Assembly: GCA_050633305.1 (NCBI GenBank)
Contig: JBOEGF010000007.1
Location: 224,001-288,000, forward strand
Origin: Nannocystales bacterium
GTDB taxonomy: Bacteria > Myxococcota_A > Polyangia > Nannocystales > Nannocystaceae
Direction of reading: 5' to 3'
DNA: 64,000 bases
Shown piece after piece: positions 50,141 through 59,475 of this stretch. Within the stretch, counting starts at the first letter, position 1. The number at the start of each line of letters is the position of its first letter. Below the pieces are notes generated by a model, which had not been told where the DNA came from, made no database searches, and was given only the letters and a program-made list of their open reading frames with translations. Both the position numbers and the translations under genes were made by a program.

Positions 50141-50169
50141 AAGCCGCGTTCCGATGGGAGCGCGGCTTT
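50141..50169 (+). terminator. Probable terminator after the act-cox operon
   Basis: AAGCCGCGTTCC-GATG-GGAGCGCGGCTTT hairpin (one G-U pair), preceded by a second small hairpin at 50118-50135. Confidence 0.65.
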
Positions 50170-50329
50170 GGTCGTTCTGGGGGCTGGCCCCCGCAGCCGG
50201 CGTCATCCCACACCCCGAGTGACGATGCATCGGTGGCGCTGGGTTCGCGGGTGAGGCAAGCGGTCGCTACTGATGGCCTGATGGGCTGCCAGCGGCTCCA
50301 CACTGTGGCACCCTGGAGTCGTGCGCCTT

Positions 50330-51415
50330 GTGAAACTGCGCCGCACGACGGAGCCGCGCGCTTCGTCGGCGCCGGCCCATGTCTCCGTGAACGGTTCGGT
50401 CGACCTCGTCGATCGCACCGACCGGCGCGTGCGCTACTTGCGGATTTCACTCCTGGATCGGTGCAACTACCGATGCACCTACTGCATGCCCGACGAGCCG
50501 ATGGAGTTCGGCGCGCGGGATGAAGTCCTCCGGCTTGAAGAGGTGGTCACGCTCGCGGCCGCTTTCGCGCGTTGGGGTGTCGACCGAGTTCGCCTGACCG
50601 GGGGCGAGCCCACACTCCGGCGCGGCCTGGTCGATCTGGTCGGTAACCTCTCCGGGCTGGAGACCGAGTCCGGAAAGTCGCTGCAGGTCGTGATGACGAC
50701 CAACGCCGAGCGACTGGAGCCGCTGGTCGGTCCGTTGCGGTCCGCTGGGCTCCATGGGCTGACGGTCTCGCTGGACAGTCTCGACCCAGAACGTTTCGCC
50801 CGCATCACCCGGCGCGGCAATCTCGTCAATGTCCTCGCGGGGCTCGACGCGGCAGCGAGTGCGGGCTTTGACCACGTCAAGCTGAACACCGTGGCCATCA
50901 AGGGCTTCAACGACCACGAACTCGCCGACTTGGCGCAGTTCGCTTGGGCTCGTGGAATCACGCCGCGCTTCATCGAGCAGATGCCGATGAGCGGAGGGGC
51001 CACGTTCATGCCCGGGGAGATGATGTCGGCGCACGAGGTGCGTGCGGTCGTCGAACGGGGCCTTGGAGCCGCCGTGGTCGCGGATTCTGGAGACGGCGTG
51101 CGCGGGCAGGGCCCCGCGTCGTACTGGCGCGTGGAGTCGGGCCCGTGGGCGGGTCGCCGCTTGGGCACGATCGGGGCGCTCACCGAAAACTTCTGCGCCA
51201 GCTGCAACCGCCTGCGCGTGTCGGCGACCGGGCAGCTCCACGGTTGTCTGGCACGTGATGAAACCGGAGACCTACGCGCAGCCCTTCGGGGCGGCCAAGT
51301 CGGAGACGTCGAGCGCGTGGTACAGCGCGTGCTCGTCACCAAACGCGACGCGCACGCATTCGGCCTCGATGGCCGGGGCGGGCCGCGCAAAGCAATGATG
51401 AGCATCGGGGGATGA
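50330..51415 (+). CDS. moaA: GTP 3',8-cyclase (molybdenum cofactor biosynthesis)
   Basis: YLRISL.DRCNYRCTYCMP, RLTGGEP, RFIEQMP, FCASCNRLR.SA.G.L.GCL, C-terminal IGG; start uncertain. Confidence 0.92.
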   Translation: MKLRRTTEPRASSAPAHVSVNGSVDLVDRTDRRVRYLRISLLDRCNYRCTYCMPDEPMEFGARDEVLRLEEVVTLAAAFARWGVDRVRLTGGEPTLRRGLVDLVGNLSGLETESGKSLQVVMTTNAERLEPLVGPLRSAGLHGLTVSLDSLDPERFARITRRGNLVNVLAGLDAAASAGFDHVKLNTVAIKGFNDHELADLAQFAWARGITPRFIEQMPMSGGATFMPGEMMSAHEVRAVVERGLGAAVVADSGDGVRGQGPASYWRVESGPWAGRRLGTIGALTENFCASCNRLRVSATGQLHGCLARDETGDLRAALRGGQVGDVERVVQRVLVTKRDAHAFGLDGRGGPRKAMMSIGG

Positions 51416-51419
51416 ATCC

Positions 51420-51863
51420 ATGGCACTGAGTCTCGGAAGCAAAATTGGAATCGGAGTCGTCGTTCTGGGCGCGGTTGGCTATCTGGTGCTCTCCGACCCC
51501 GGCGAGGGGGTGCTGGAGTACGTCTACGCCGAGAAGGTCGTCGCGACCCCAGAGGCCTACCAGGGCCGAACGATCCAGGTTCACGGAACAGTGGTCGAAG
51601 GGACCATCTCCAAGAAGAAGGGCACGACCGGGGACTACCGGTTCACGATCGAGAGCGCCGGGGAGCGGCTCGCGGTGCACTTCACCAACATCCCGCCCGA
51701 CACATTCCAGGAGGGAGGCGAGGTCGTTCTGACCGGCCGCCTCTCCGAGTCAGGGAACCTCTTCGAGTCCGATGAGATGTCGGCGAAGTGCCCCTCGAAG
51801 TACGAAGAAGAAGACAGCGTCAAGCAAGACGGTCCGGCTGGAATCAGCCCCTCTCGCACCTGA
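51420..51863 (+). CDS. ccmE: Heme chaperone CcmE, CxxxY variant
   Basis: N-terminal TM; G.V..G, PPDTF..G.EVV..G, AKCPSKY. Confidence 0.88.
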   Translation: MALSLGSKIGIGVVVLGAVGYLVLSDPGEGVLEYVYAEKVVATPEAYQGRTIQVHGTVVEGTISKKKGTTGDYRFTIESAGERLAVHFTNIPPDTFQEGGEVVLTGRLSESGNLFESDEMSAKCPSKYEEEDSVKQDGPAGISPSRT

Positions 51864-51959
51864 GCCGCACCCGACCTGCACTTCGCTGGCGGATTCCCGT
51901 CAACGCGGTACGGCGCACCTGTCTGTGCGCACGATGGTCCACACCACCTCGAGTTCCCC

Positions 51960-54050
51960 ATGACGATCTCCACGCTCGGCACCGTCACGATTCTTCTGCT
52001 GTTCCTGCTCACGCTGGCCACGGCATCCATGGCCGCGTTGGCTGCCCACAGCCGCTCCGAGCGGCTGCTCGAGGGCGCGACTGCAGGCATGCACGCCATC
52101 TTCGGTCTGGCCGCGCTCTCGTCTGCGTTGCTGGTCTACGCGTTTCTGGCCGGCGATTACAGCATCCAATATGTCCAACACAACGGGCACCCCGCGATGC
52201 CGATCTTCTACAAGGTCACCGCGTTCTGGGGGTCGCTCGACGGCAGCTTGCTGTTCTGGGTGTTGTTGCTGTCGCTGTTCAGTTCGCTGGCGATTCGGGC
52301 CAACGCCAAGCGGCACCGTGAGCTCATCCCGCATGCGGTCTTGGTGCTCGCGATCATCCTCGGATTCTTCACGGCGTTGCTGGTCTTCCTCAAGAACCCG
52401 TTCAACCCGTTCCTGATCGCCGACGCTGACCTCCCCGCCCCCCAGGGCAAGGGGATGAACCCGCTGCTGCAAAACCCCTACATGATCTGTCACCCGCCGA
52501 GCCTGTACCTCGGGATGGTGTCGCTCGCCGTCCCCTACGCGTTCGGGATGGCGGCGATGATCACGGGCAACGTCGATGCGCAGTGGCAACGCAGCATGCG
52601 TCGCTGGGTGTTGTTCAGCTGGCTCTTCCTGGGCACCGGCCTGATGCTCGGCGGTCTGTGGGCCTATGAAGAACTGGGGTGGGGCGGATACTGGGCCTGG
52701 GATCCCGTGGAAAACGCCGGGTTGTTCCCGTGGCTGACCTGCACCGCATTCCTTCACTCGGTCATGGTCCAAGAGCGCCGCGGCATGTTGAAGGTCTGGA
52801 ACCTCGTGCTCGTCATCGCGAGTTTCTGGCTCACGATCTTCGGCACCTTCCTCACCCGCAGCGGTGTGGTGCAGAGCGTTCACGCGTTCGGGGAGGACCC
52901 GCAGCTCGCGTGGACCTTCGGCATCTTCATGGTGTTCATCCTGATCGTCTCGTTCGGCCTGCTGTTCTGGCGACTGCCGCTGTTGCGCTCCCGCAACGAG
53001 CTCGAGAGCGTGCTCAGCCGGGAGTTCGCCTTCCTACTCAACAACTGGCTGTTCTTGTTGGCCGCGTTCTTCGTGGCCGGCGCGACGATCTACCCCACGC
53101 TCCGCGACTGGACCGGCATCCTGGCCACGGACCACGAGTGGCTTCGGGAGATCACGTTCTCGGTCGGCATGTTCGACGAGAAGGACTGGATGGCCAACAT
53201 GGCCGCCGGGCGACCGGCCTACGATCGCATCACGATTGGCCCGTCCTTCTACAACAAGTACATGGTGCCGGTCGGACTGGCGCTCGTGTTCCTCACCGGC
53301 GTGGGCCCCTTGGTCGCGTGGCGCAAGTCGAGCACCGAGTCTTTGGTCAAACAGTTCCTGATGCCGCTCATCGTCGGCTCGGTGACGGCCGTCGTTGCAT
53401 TTGTCGCCGTGGACCAGATTCACGACGTCAGCATCGGCATCGCCGGGACGACCTGCTTCGGCCTGTGCGGGTTCACCATGTGGACCATCATTCAGGAGTT
53501 CTATCGGGGCGTGTCTGTACGACGCCGGGGCCGGCAGCAGTCGGTACTCGACGCGCTGATCGGTCTCATCTCCCGGGCTCGACGTCGCTACGGCGGCTAC
53601 ATCGTGCACTTGGGCATGGTGCTGATGTTCTTCGGGTGGGCGGGCAACGCATACGGCATCGAACGGAAGATCAGCATCTCACCCGGTGAGAAGGTCGACC
53701 TCGGCCCCTACGAGATCCGGCACGACGGCACGCTGGCGTCCGAAGACTGGCAGAAGGACATGCTCTCGGTGAAGTTCACCGTCTTGCAACGAGGGGAGAT
53801 CGTCGACGAGCTGACGCCTGCGAAGTGGTGGTACTACCAAAGCCCGGACATGCCCACGACCGAGGTGGCTCGCCACATGACCATCGGCGGCGACGCATAC
53901 ATCTCGATCGACGATGTCGACATGACGACGGGCTGGACCCGCGCAAACCTCTACTACAACCCGCTGGTGAACTGGGTGTGGCTCGGCTTTGGCATCATGA
54001 TCATGGGCGGCATCATCTGCATCGGCACGAGCAAGACGGAAGGCGCCTGA
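51960..54050 (+). CDS. ccmF: Cytochrome c heme lyase CcmF
   Basis: WG...GSLLFW, GMNPLLQN..M..HPP.LY, WAYEELGWGGYWAWDPVEN, HS, FLTRSG..SVHAF, YGGYIVHLG, NPLVNWVW.G. Confidence 0.95.
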   Translation: MTISTLGTVTILLLFLLTLATASMAALAAHSRSERLLEGATAGMHAIFGLAALSSALLVYAFLAGDYSIQYVQHNGHPAMPIFYKVTAFWGSLDGSLLFWVLLLSLFSSLAIRANAKRHRELIPHAVLVLAIILGFFTALLVFLKNPFNPFLIADADLPAPQGKGMNPLLQNPYMICHPPSLYLGMVSLAVPYAFGMAAMITGNVDAQWQRSMRRWVLFSWLFLGTGLMLGGLWAYEELGWGGYWAWDPVENAGLFPWLTCTAFLHSVMVQERRGMLKVWNLVLVIASFWLTIFGTFLTRSGVVQSVHAFGEDPQLAWTFGIFMVFILIVSFGLLFWRLPLLRSRNELESVLSREFAFLLNNWLFLLAAFFVAGATIYPTLRDWTGILATDHEWLREITFSVGMFDEKDWMANMAAGRPAYDRITIGPSFYNKYMVPVGLALVFLTGVGPLVAWRKSSTESLVKQFLMPLIVGSVTAVVAFVAVDQIHDVSIGIAGTTCFGLCGFTMWTIIQEFYRGVSVRRRGRQQSVLDALIGLISRARRRYGGYIVHLGMVLMFFGWAGNAYGIERKISISPGEKVDLGPYEIRHDGTLASEDWQKDMLSVKFTVLQRGEIVDELTPAKWWYYQSPDMPTTEVARHMTIGGDAYISIDDVDMTTGWTRANLYYNPLVNWVWLGFGIMIMGGIICIGTSKTEGA

Positions 54051-54051
54051 C

Positions 54052-54759
54052 GTGCCCAGCACTGTGTCTGACTCTCGCTCCGCGCTGATGCGCTGGGGCG
54101 CCATCGCCTTGGTCGGTAGCGCAGGCTTTGTCGCGTTCCTCTCGATGTCCGCGGGCGCTCGGCTCGATGTCGCCACGGGCGGTCTCGTGGTCGGTGCCGC
54201 CGCGCTGGTCTTCAGCTTGGCCACACTGTTCAAGATGGTTCAGGTCCTCTCGCGACCTCGGGCGGCGCTGGGAATCGGCTCGCGCGGACTCGGCGGGGCC
54301 AGCCGGTCCCAGCTCCGGGAGGAGAAGCGCCGGCTTCTTCGGGCGATCAAGGAACTCAAGTTCGACTTCGAGATGGGCAAGCTCTCGGAGACCGACTTCA
54401 CCGACGTCAAGCAGACGTACGAGCTTCGGGCGATCGAAGTGATGCGCCAGCTCGACGGCGTACGAAAGGTTCACCCCGAGGTCTACGCCCTGCTCGAAGG
54501 GCGTGGGCTCACCGATGTCCTCCCCGATGGAGTCGAGCCGGCCGACGCACCGGAGCCGGCCGAGGCATCCGAGCCCGAGCCCGAGCCCGAGCAGAAGGAC
54601 GCGACCGAGTCTTCTCGCCCAGCTGACGCTGCCGACGACGACGACGACGCTGGCGCAGAGACGGACGACTCCGTGGCGCTCATCTGTGGCGCTTGCTCCG
54701 GCGCCAACGACCCGGACGCCAAGTTCTGCAAACACTGCGGCAAGGAAATCTCGGCATGA
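54052..54759 (+). CDS. Membrane protein with CcmI-N-like helical region and C-terminal zinc ribbon
   Basis: Two TMs; L.EEK..LLRAIKEL.FD..MGKLS..DF; acidic linker; CGAC...NDPDAKFCKHCG. Confidence 0.7.
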   Translation: MPSTVSDSRSALMRWGAIALVGSAGFVAFLSMSAGARLDVATGGLVVGAAALVFSLATLFKMVQVLSRPRAALGIGSRGLGGASRSQLREEKRRLLRAIKELKFDFEMGKLSETDFTDVKQTYELRAIEVMRQLDGVRKVHPEVYALLEGRGLTDVLPDGVEPADAPEPAEASEPEPEPEQKDATESSRPADAADDDDDAGAETDDSVALICGACSGANDPDAKFCKHCGKEISA

Positions 54760-56663
54760 AGACTCACGCTCTGTGTAGCGCCGCCCTCGCGGCCACGATT
54801 TCCATCTCCATCGGGGGAACGACCGCCCACGCGGCACCGCCTCCGATGATGGATCCGTCCGCCATGTCGGGCATCCCCAGGCCCGACCCCAAACTCGCGC
54901 CTGGCACCGTCACGGTTCGCTGTCTCGGGAAGGCGGGCTTCTCCGCACCCGCGGTCGACACCGACGTCACGCTCGAGGTCACCGGGCCCGACGGCAAGGT
55001 GTCCTCGTTCACGGGCAAGACCCAAGAGCAGGGCCGGGCAACGTTCGACGAACTCTCCGAGCTCATCGGTGGGACCGCAGTCGCCAGTGTGATGCTCGGT
55101 GGCACCGAGGTGAAGTCCGGCTCCATCACGTTGTTGCCCGGAGCTGGAACCGCGGTCATGCTGGTCGAGGGAGCCTCGGCACCCGCCGCAGCGCCCGCGC
55201 GTCCGCCGGCCGCAACCGGCGGCGAGCCAGCCATTCCCGCGCCCGGAAACGCGTTCCCGCTCGAGGGGATGGAGGTCGGAAGCCTCACTGTCGGGACGTT
55301 CGATCTCGAGGCTCGGAAGCCCGTCCCCAGCGTCGTCGTCAAGCTGACGATCACACCGCCACAGGGGGAGGCAATCGTGCGGGAGCTGACAACCGACGCT
55401 CGCGGCAAGGCGGTCTTCGACAAGCTGGCGCCCCCCGATGTTCCTGCGGGGAGCACGATGGCCGCCGAGGCTCTGCTCGTCGAAGGCGGGACGCTCCGTA
55501 AGAGTCAGCCGTTCTCCATGTCGGCGGACAAGGGGATGGCGCTGGTGTTGGCCGAGGGTGCCGAGCAGTTCCAGGCTCCGTCCGGACAACAGGCCCAACC
55601 GCCTGCGAAAGCAAAACGCCAGCCGTTGGCGCCGCCAAGGATTCTCCGGACGCTGCCCACCGGGACGGTCCGAGTGTCGCTGCGGGACGCCAATGACCAG
55701 CCCATCGCCAACCAGAAGCTGATCGTGGTCAAGAAGGCGGCCACCGGTGCTGTTCAGGAGGTTCGCGCCGTCAGTGGGCCCGATGGGTCTGCGACGATCA
55801 AAGGCATTCCGGTCAAGCAGGACTCGCTGTATTTCGTCCGGACGGCCTACGGAGACGCGCCGTACGAGAGCGCGTTCTTTGGGATGGACGACCGCGGGGG
55901 CATCGATGTGCAGATGCGCCTCTTCGAGACGACCCGCGATCCCAGCGTCGTGCGTGCCGCGGTGCAGTACGACCTCCTCGAGGGGGAGAACGACCTCGCG
56001 CAGATCGTCCAGATTTTCGAGGTGGTCGTCGATGGCGACAAGGCGTTTTGGGACCCCGAGCTCCGCATCGAATCGATGGACGGGTCCAAAGGGTTCACGG
56101 TGCTCCGTCCGGCCGAGGGCTTCTTGGACCACGAGGAGAAGGCTCCGTACGCGACACTCCACGGCCCCATTCCTCCGGGCAAGCTGACCAACCTCTCCAC
56201 CGGCTACCTCTTTGAGCACAGCGGCACCATCGACTTCGAGTGGGTGGCGCCCTTCGACCTTGTTCAAGCGACGGTGCTTCAAGACGAACGCCTCGAACTC
56301 GAGGCTGCGGGCAAGACCCTGGGCGAACACGATTCGCCGGTTCCCGGACGCGTGGTGTGGGCGCTTCCGCAGCACAACCGTGGGGATACGGTGTCGTTCA
56401 CGATGACGAATCTTCGTCACCGTGACCCGCTCGTGAAGAACATCGCGTGGTGGTCCTTGGGTGGCTTTGCGGTGCTCACGATGTTCGGACTCATGCGGGC
56501 GCGCCCGACGAAGAAGGACCAGCTCCAGGCCCAGCGCGATCGGTTGCTTCAGGACCTCGCCGCCGCCAAAGGGGACACCGCCCGCAGTGAGGCGCTGCTC
56601 TCCGAGCTCGATCGCGTGGTTCGTCAGCTCGAGGTGCTCGAGTCGCCTCCGACCGCTTCGTAA
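54756..56663 (+). CDS. Secreted, C-terminally anchored protein with repeated carboxypeptidase-regulatory-like beta domains
   Basis: Signal peptide (AHA); three G[TS][VL]xV...T/S...G.A.F/I repeats; C-terminal TM followed by an amphipathic helix. Confidence 0.7.
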   Translation: MKTHALCSAALAATISISIGGTTAHAAPPPMMDPSAMSGIPRPDPKLAPGTVTVRCLGKAGFSAPAVDTDVTLEVTGPDGKVSSFTGKTQEQGRATFDELSELIGGTAVASVMLGGTEVKSGSITLLPGAGTAVMLVEGASAPAAAPARPPAATGGEPAIPAPGNAFPLEGMEVGSLTVGTFDLEARKPVPSVVVKLTITPPQGEAIVRELTTDARGKAVFDKLAPPDVPAGSTMAAEALLVEGGTLRKSQPFSMSADKGMALVLAEGAEQFQAPSGQQAQPPAKAKRQPLAPPRILRTLPTGTVRVSLRDANDQPIANQKLIVVKKAATGAVQEVRAVSGPDGSATIKGIPVKQDSLYFVRTAYGDAPYESAFFGMDDRGGIDVQMRLFETTRDPSVVRAAVQYDLLEGENDLAQIVQIFEVVVDGDKAFWDPELRIESMDGSKGFTVLRPAEGFLDHEEKAPYATLHGPIPPGKLTNLSTGYLFEHSGTIDFEWVAPFDLVQATVLQDERLELEAAGKTLGEHDSPVPGRVVWALPQHNRGDTVSFTMTNLRHRDPLVKNIAWWSLGGFAVLTMFGLMRARPTKKDQLQAQRDRLLQDLAAAKGDTARSEALLSELDRVVRQLEVLESPPTAS

Positions 56664-57400
56664 TGGACGAAACGGCCCTGCTCAGCCTCCGCGACATCAG
56701 CAAGCACTTCGGTCGCTTGGCGGTGTTGCGTGGGCTGGATCTCGATCTGCGAGCCGGCGAAATCGTCGGCCTCATCGGGGCCAACGGCGCGGGGAAGAGC
56801 ACGTTGTTGTCGATCATCGCTGGGCTCATGCCACCCAGTCGGGGTCAGCGACTGTTCGCTGGAAGTGAAGGCGTCGGACCGCAGGAGCGAGCCCGGTTCG
56901 CTGTCGTCAGCCATACCGCGCAGACCTACCCGCGACTGACGGCGCTTGAGAATCTCGAACTCTTCGCGAAGCTGCGCGCGCATGCCGGCTGCCACAGTGA
57001 GCCGTTGTTGCCGACGCTCGACAAGCTCGGCTTGGGCTACGCAGCACAGCGGCAGGCCGGCACCTTCTCCCGCGGGATGCTCCAGCGCCTGGCGCTGGCC
57101 CGCGCGCTGCTCGGCAAGCCCGAGATGTTGCTCCTCGACGAGCCATTCACCGCACTCGATCGGCCCGGACGAAGCCTGCTGGCCTCGGTGCTCGCGCAGG
57201 AGCGCGACCGCGGCGCTGCGATCCTGCTGATCTCGCACGACCTCGAAGCTCTGGTCTCGGTCGCGGACCGCGTGGTGCTGCTCGAAGAAGGTGTGATCGC
57301 CGGAGCGGTGCCTCGCGCCCCCGATGGGGAGACCTTTGGACCCCGGGTCCGGGAGTTGGCGGGTCGGATGCCCGCGGTCCGGGTCGAGGCAGAGGCGTGA
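56663..57400 (+). CDS. ccmA: Heme exporter ATP-binding subunit
   Basis: GANGAGKST, LTALENL, FSRGMLQR, LLLDEPFTALD, ISH. Confidence 0.88.
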   Translation: MDETALLSLRDISKHFGRLAVLRGLDLDLRAGEIVGLIGANGAGKSTLLSIIAGLMPPSRGQRLFAGSEGVGPQERARFAVVSHTAQTYPRLTALENLELFAKLRAHAGCHSEPLLPTLDKLGLGYAAQRQAGTFSRGMLQRLALARALLGKPEMLLLDEPFTALDRPGRSLLASVLAQERDRGAAILLISHDLEALVSVADRVVLLEEGVIAGAVPRAPDGETFGPRVRELAGRMPAVRVEAEA

Positions 57401-57465
57401 GCACATCGGTTGGTGCCGCGGGGTGTCCGGCCAGCGAGTCTGGCCGTGCTACAACCTTTCTCGGC

Positions 57466-58194
57466 ATGGTGGCGCTCCGTCAAGCGTGGCTGCTGGCGGT
57501 CAACGACCTCCGGCAGGAAGCTCGGGACCTCGAGCTGATTCTAACGTCCTCGTTCTTCAGCTTGGTCGTGCTGATCATGCTTGGCATGTCGTTCTCCGCG
57601 CTTGGGGTGTCGTCTCAACCTCTCGCCGTGCCGGGGATGCTCTGGTTGTCCGTCGCGTTTGTCGGCGCGCTGACCTTGGGTCGCATCTTCACCCGGGAGC
57701 GGGAGTTCGACACGCTGCGTGCGTTGCTGGTCGCCCCGGTCGAGAGGGTCTCGATCTATTTGGCCAAGGCGTTCGTGACCCTGGTGATCCTGTTGGGCTG
57801 CTCGCTGATCACCGTGCTGGGGCTCACGCTGTTGTTTCCTGCGGCGCAGCCGTTTGCGGACCGGCCGGTGGCCACCGCCGCACTCGTGCTCATGGGGTGC
57901 ACCGCCTACGCGGGCGTCGGCACCTTGTTCGCCGCCGGCTTGGCGAGCAGCAGCGGCAAGAATGTCCTGCTGTCGGTCATCCTCTACCCGTTGACCATGC
58001 CCTCGTTGCTGTTCGCGCTGGTGGCCACCCGGTCGCTGCTCGAAGGGCACGAATCCTTCTCCACCTACCTGGGACAGCTCACCGCGACCAACATCTTGGC
58101 GTTTGTCGTTGGGGCATGGCTGTTTGAGCCCGTCCTCGTGGGCGTGCCCCAAAAACGCCGCGGTACCGCTCGTGCCGCCCGGAGGCGTCGATGA
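57466..58194 (+). CDS. ccmB: Heme exporter permease
   Basis: DLR.E.R, PGMLW, F.RERE..TL..LL.AP, LL.VI.YPL..P; start 57466 (57397 possible). Confidence 0.85.
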   Translation: MVALRQAWLLAVNDLRQEARDLELILTSSFFSLVVLIMLGMSFSALGVSSQPLAVPGMLWLSVAFVGALTLGRIFTREREFDTLRALLVAPVERVSIYLAKAFVTLVILLGCSLITVLGLTLLFPAAQPFADRPVATAALVLMGCTAYAGVGTLFAAGLASSSGKNVLLSVILYPLTMPSLLFALVATRSLLEGHESFSTYLGQLTATNILAFVVGAWLFEPVLVGVPQKRRGTARAARRRR

Positions 58195-58922
58195 AAAAAA
58201 TCCTCCCGATCGCCTTTCTAGGCACGGCCGCACTGATCTTCCCGGTCAGCGTGAAGACCATCTTCCTCGACACACCGATCGAGAACCAGATGGGCACCGT
58301 GCAGAAGATCTTCTACTTTCACGTGCCGCTGGCTTGGATCATGATGCTGCTTGCTGTGGTGTGCGGCGTTGCAGCGGGCATCCAGCTTCGCCGGGACTCC
58401 AAACGAGCCGAAGCCGTGTCCATCGCGGCGGCAGAACTCGTGTTGGTCACGGGCCTGGGCGTGTTGATCACGGGCCCGATCTGGGGGCACGCGACGTGGG
58501 GCAAGGCCTGGACTTGGGATGCGCGTCAGGTCTCGACTGGGCTGCTGTGGCTGATCTTTGCCGCGTACGTCCTGGTCCGCCACTACGGTGCGGCGGGGTC
58601 GGAGCGGCTCGCCGCGGCGCTCGCAATCTTCGGGGCGATCGATGTCCCGGTGATCTACTACGCGGTCAAGATCTGGAAGACGACGCACCCTTCCAACGAT
58701 GTGGCCGGCTCGCTTCCCGCGAGCATGTGGGCCGCGTTGTGGCCCGCACTCATCGCCTTGCTGCTCACCTCGATGGCGCTCTTGCTGATCCGGGTGCAGC
58801 AAGAACTCACGGACGTGACCCTGGATGAAGCTTGGGTCGACCTCGACGACGCCGGCGCGAGCAAAGCTGAACCCGCCGATGAACCCGCTTCCGGATCCAC
58901 TCCGGGATTAGGAGACGCCTGA
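58191..58922 (+). CDS. ccmC: Heme exporter/WWD protein
   Basis: KIFYFHVP.AW, TGPIWG..TWG..WTWDAR, W.T.HP. Confidence 0.9.
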   Translation: MKKILPIAFLGTAALIFPVSVKTIFLDTPIENQMGTVQKIFYFHVPLAWIMMLLAVVCGVAAGIQLRRDSKRAEAVSIAAAELVLVTGLGVLITGPIWGHATWGKAWTWDARQVSTGLLWLIFAAYVLVRHYGAAGSERLAAALAIFGAIDVPVIYYAVKIWKTTHPSNDVAGSLPASMWAALWPALIALLLTSMALLLIRVQQELTDVTLDEAWVDLDDAGASKAEPADEPASGSTPGLGDA

Positions 58923-59173
58923 TGGCTGCCCCCGCACAAACTCCCCCGAGCGACGAGTACGAACCCGTCAAGAATCTCGACCAGCAGACGATCGCTTGCG
59001 TCCGTGCCTGTGAGTCCGAGGCGGCGGCCAAGACCGCTTCTGACTACGAGCACATCGTCTGGGCCTACGGCGTCATCTGGAGCCTATTCGCGATCTATGG
59101 CGTCATGCTCTGGCGCCGCGGCTCGCGGCAGGCCATCGAAGTCGCCGACCTTCAGCGTCGCCTGTCCTCCTAG
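58922..59173 (+). CDS. ccmD: CcmD-like small membrane protein
   Basis: AYGVIW.LF.IY..ML TM followed by a basic/coiled tail; directly after ccmC. Confidence 0.65.
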   Translation: MAAPAQTPPSDEYEPVKNLDQQTIACVRACESEAAAKTASDYEHIVWAYGVIWSLFAIYGVMLWRRGSRQAIEVADLQRRLSS

Positions 59174-59180
59174 GCCGCCC

Positions 59181-59357
59181 ATGACGCTCGCCCACTTCAT
59201 CTACATCCCCGTCCTTCTCGGCGTGGGGTTGGTCATCGGCTTCGTAGTCGGTGGGCGGGCCGCGACCGGTGACAAGGCTGAGGCTGACCACAAGGCCCAG
59301 CGACGGGCCGCACGGGCCGCCCGGCGGGCCGCCCGAGACCGCGGCGCCTCCGAGTAG
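59181..59357 (+). CDS. Small single-TM hypothetical protein
   Basis: MTLAHFIYIPVLLGVGLVIGFVVGGRAA followed by an Arg/Ala-rich tail; starts 7 nt after ccmD. Confidence 0.6.
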   Translation: MTLAHFIYIPVLLGVGLVIGFVVGGRAATGDKAEADHKAQRRAARAARRAARDRGASE

Positions 59358-59475
59358 AACTGCAGTCAGGCCCGTGCGTTCGTGCAGCGCATCCCGGTGG
59401 GGATGCCTGGCGTTGTGCGGACCCTTCGGGTGTGGTCGTGGCGAACCGCCGGGAGGGTCTGCTAGACAGGCTCTG

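Noticed and set aside
59358..59475. Hairpins (GCATCCC-GGTG-GGGATGC; ACCC-TTCG-GGT) as a small RNA
   Set aside because: Short and GC-rich; more simply a terminator or processing stem after the ccm operon.
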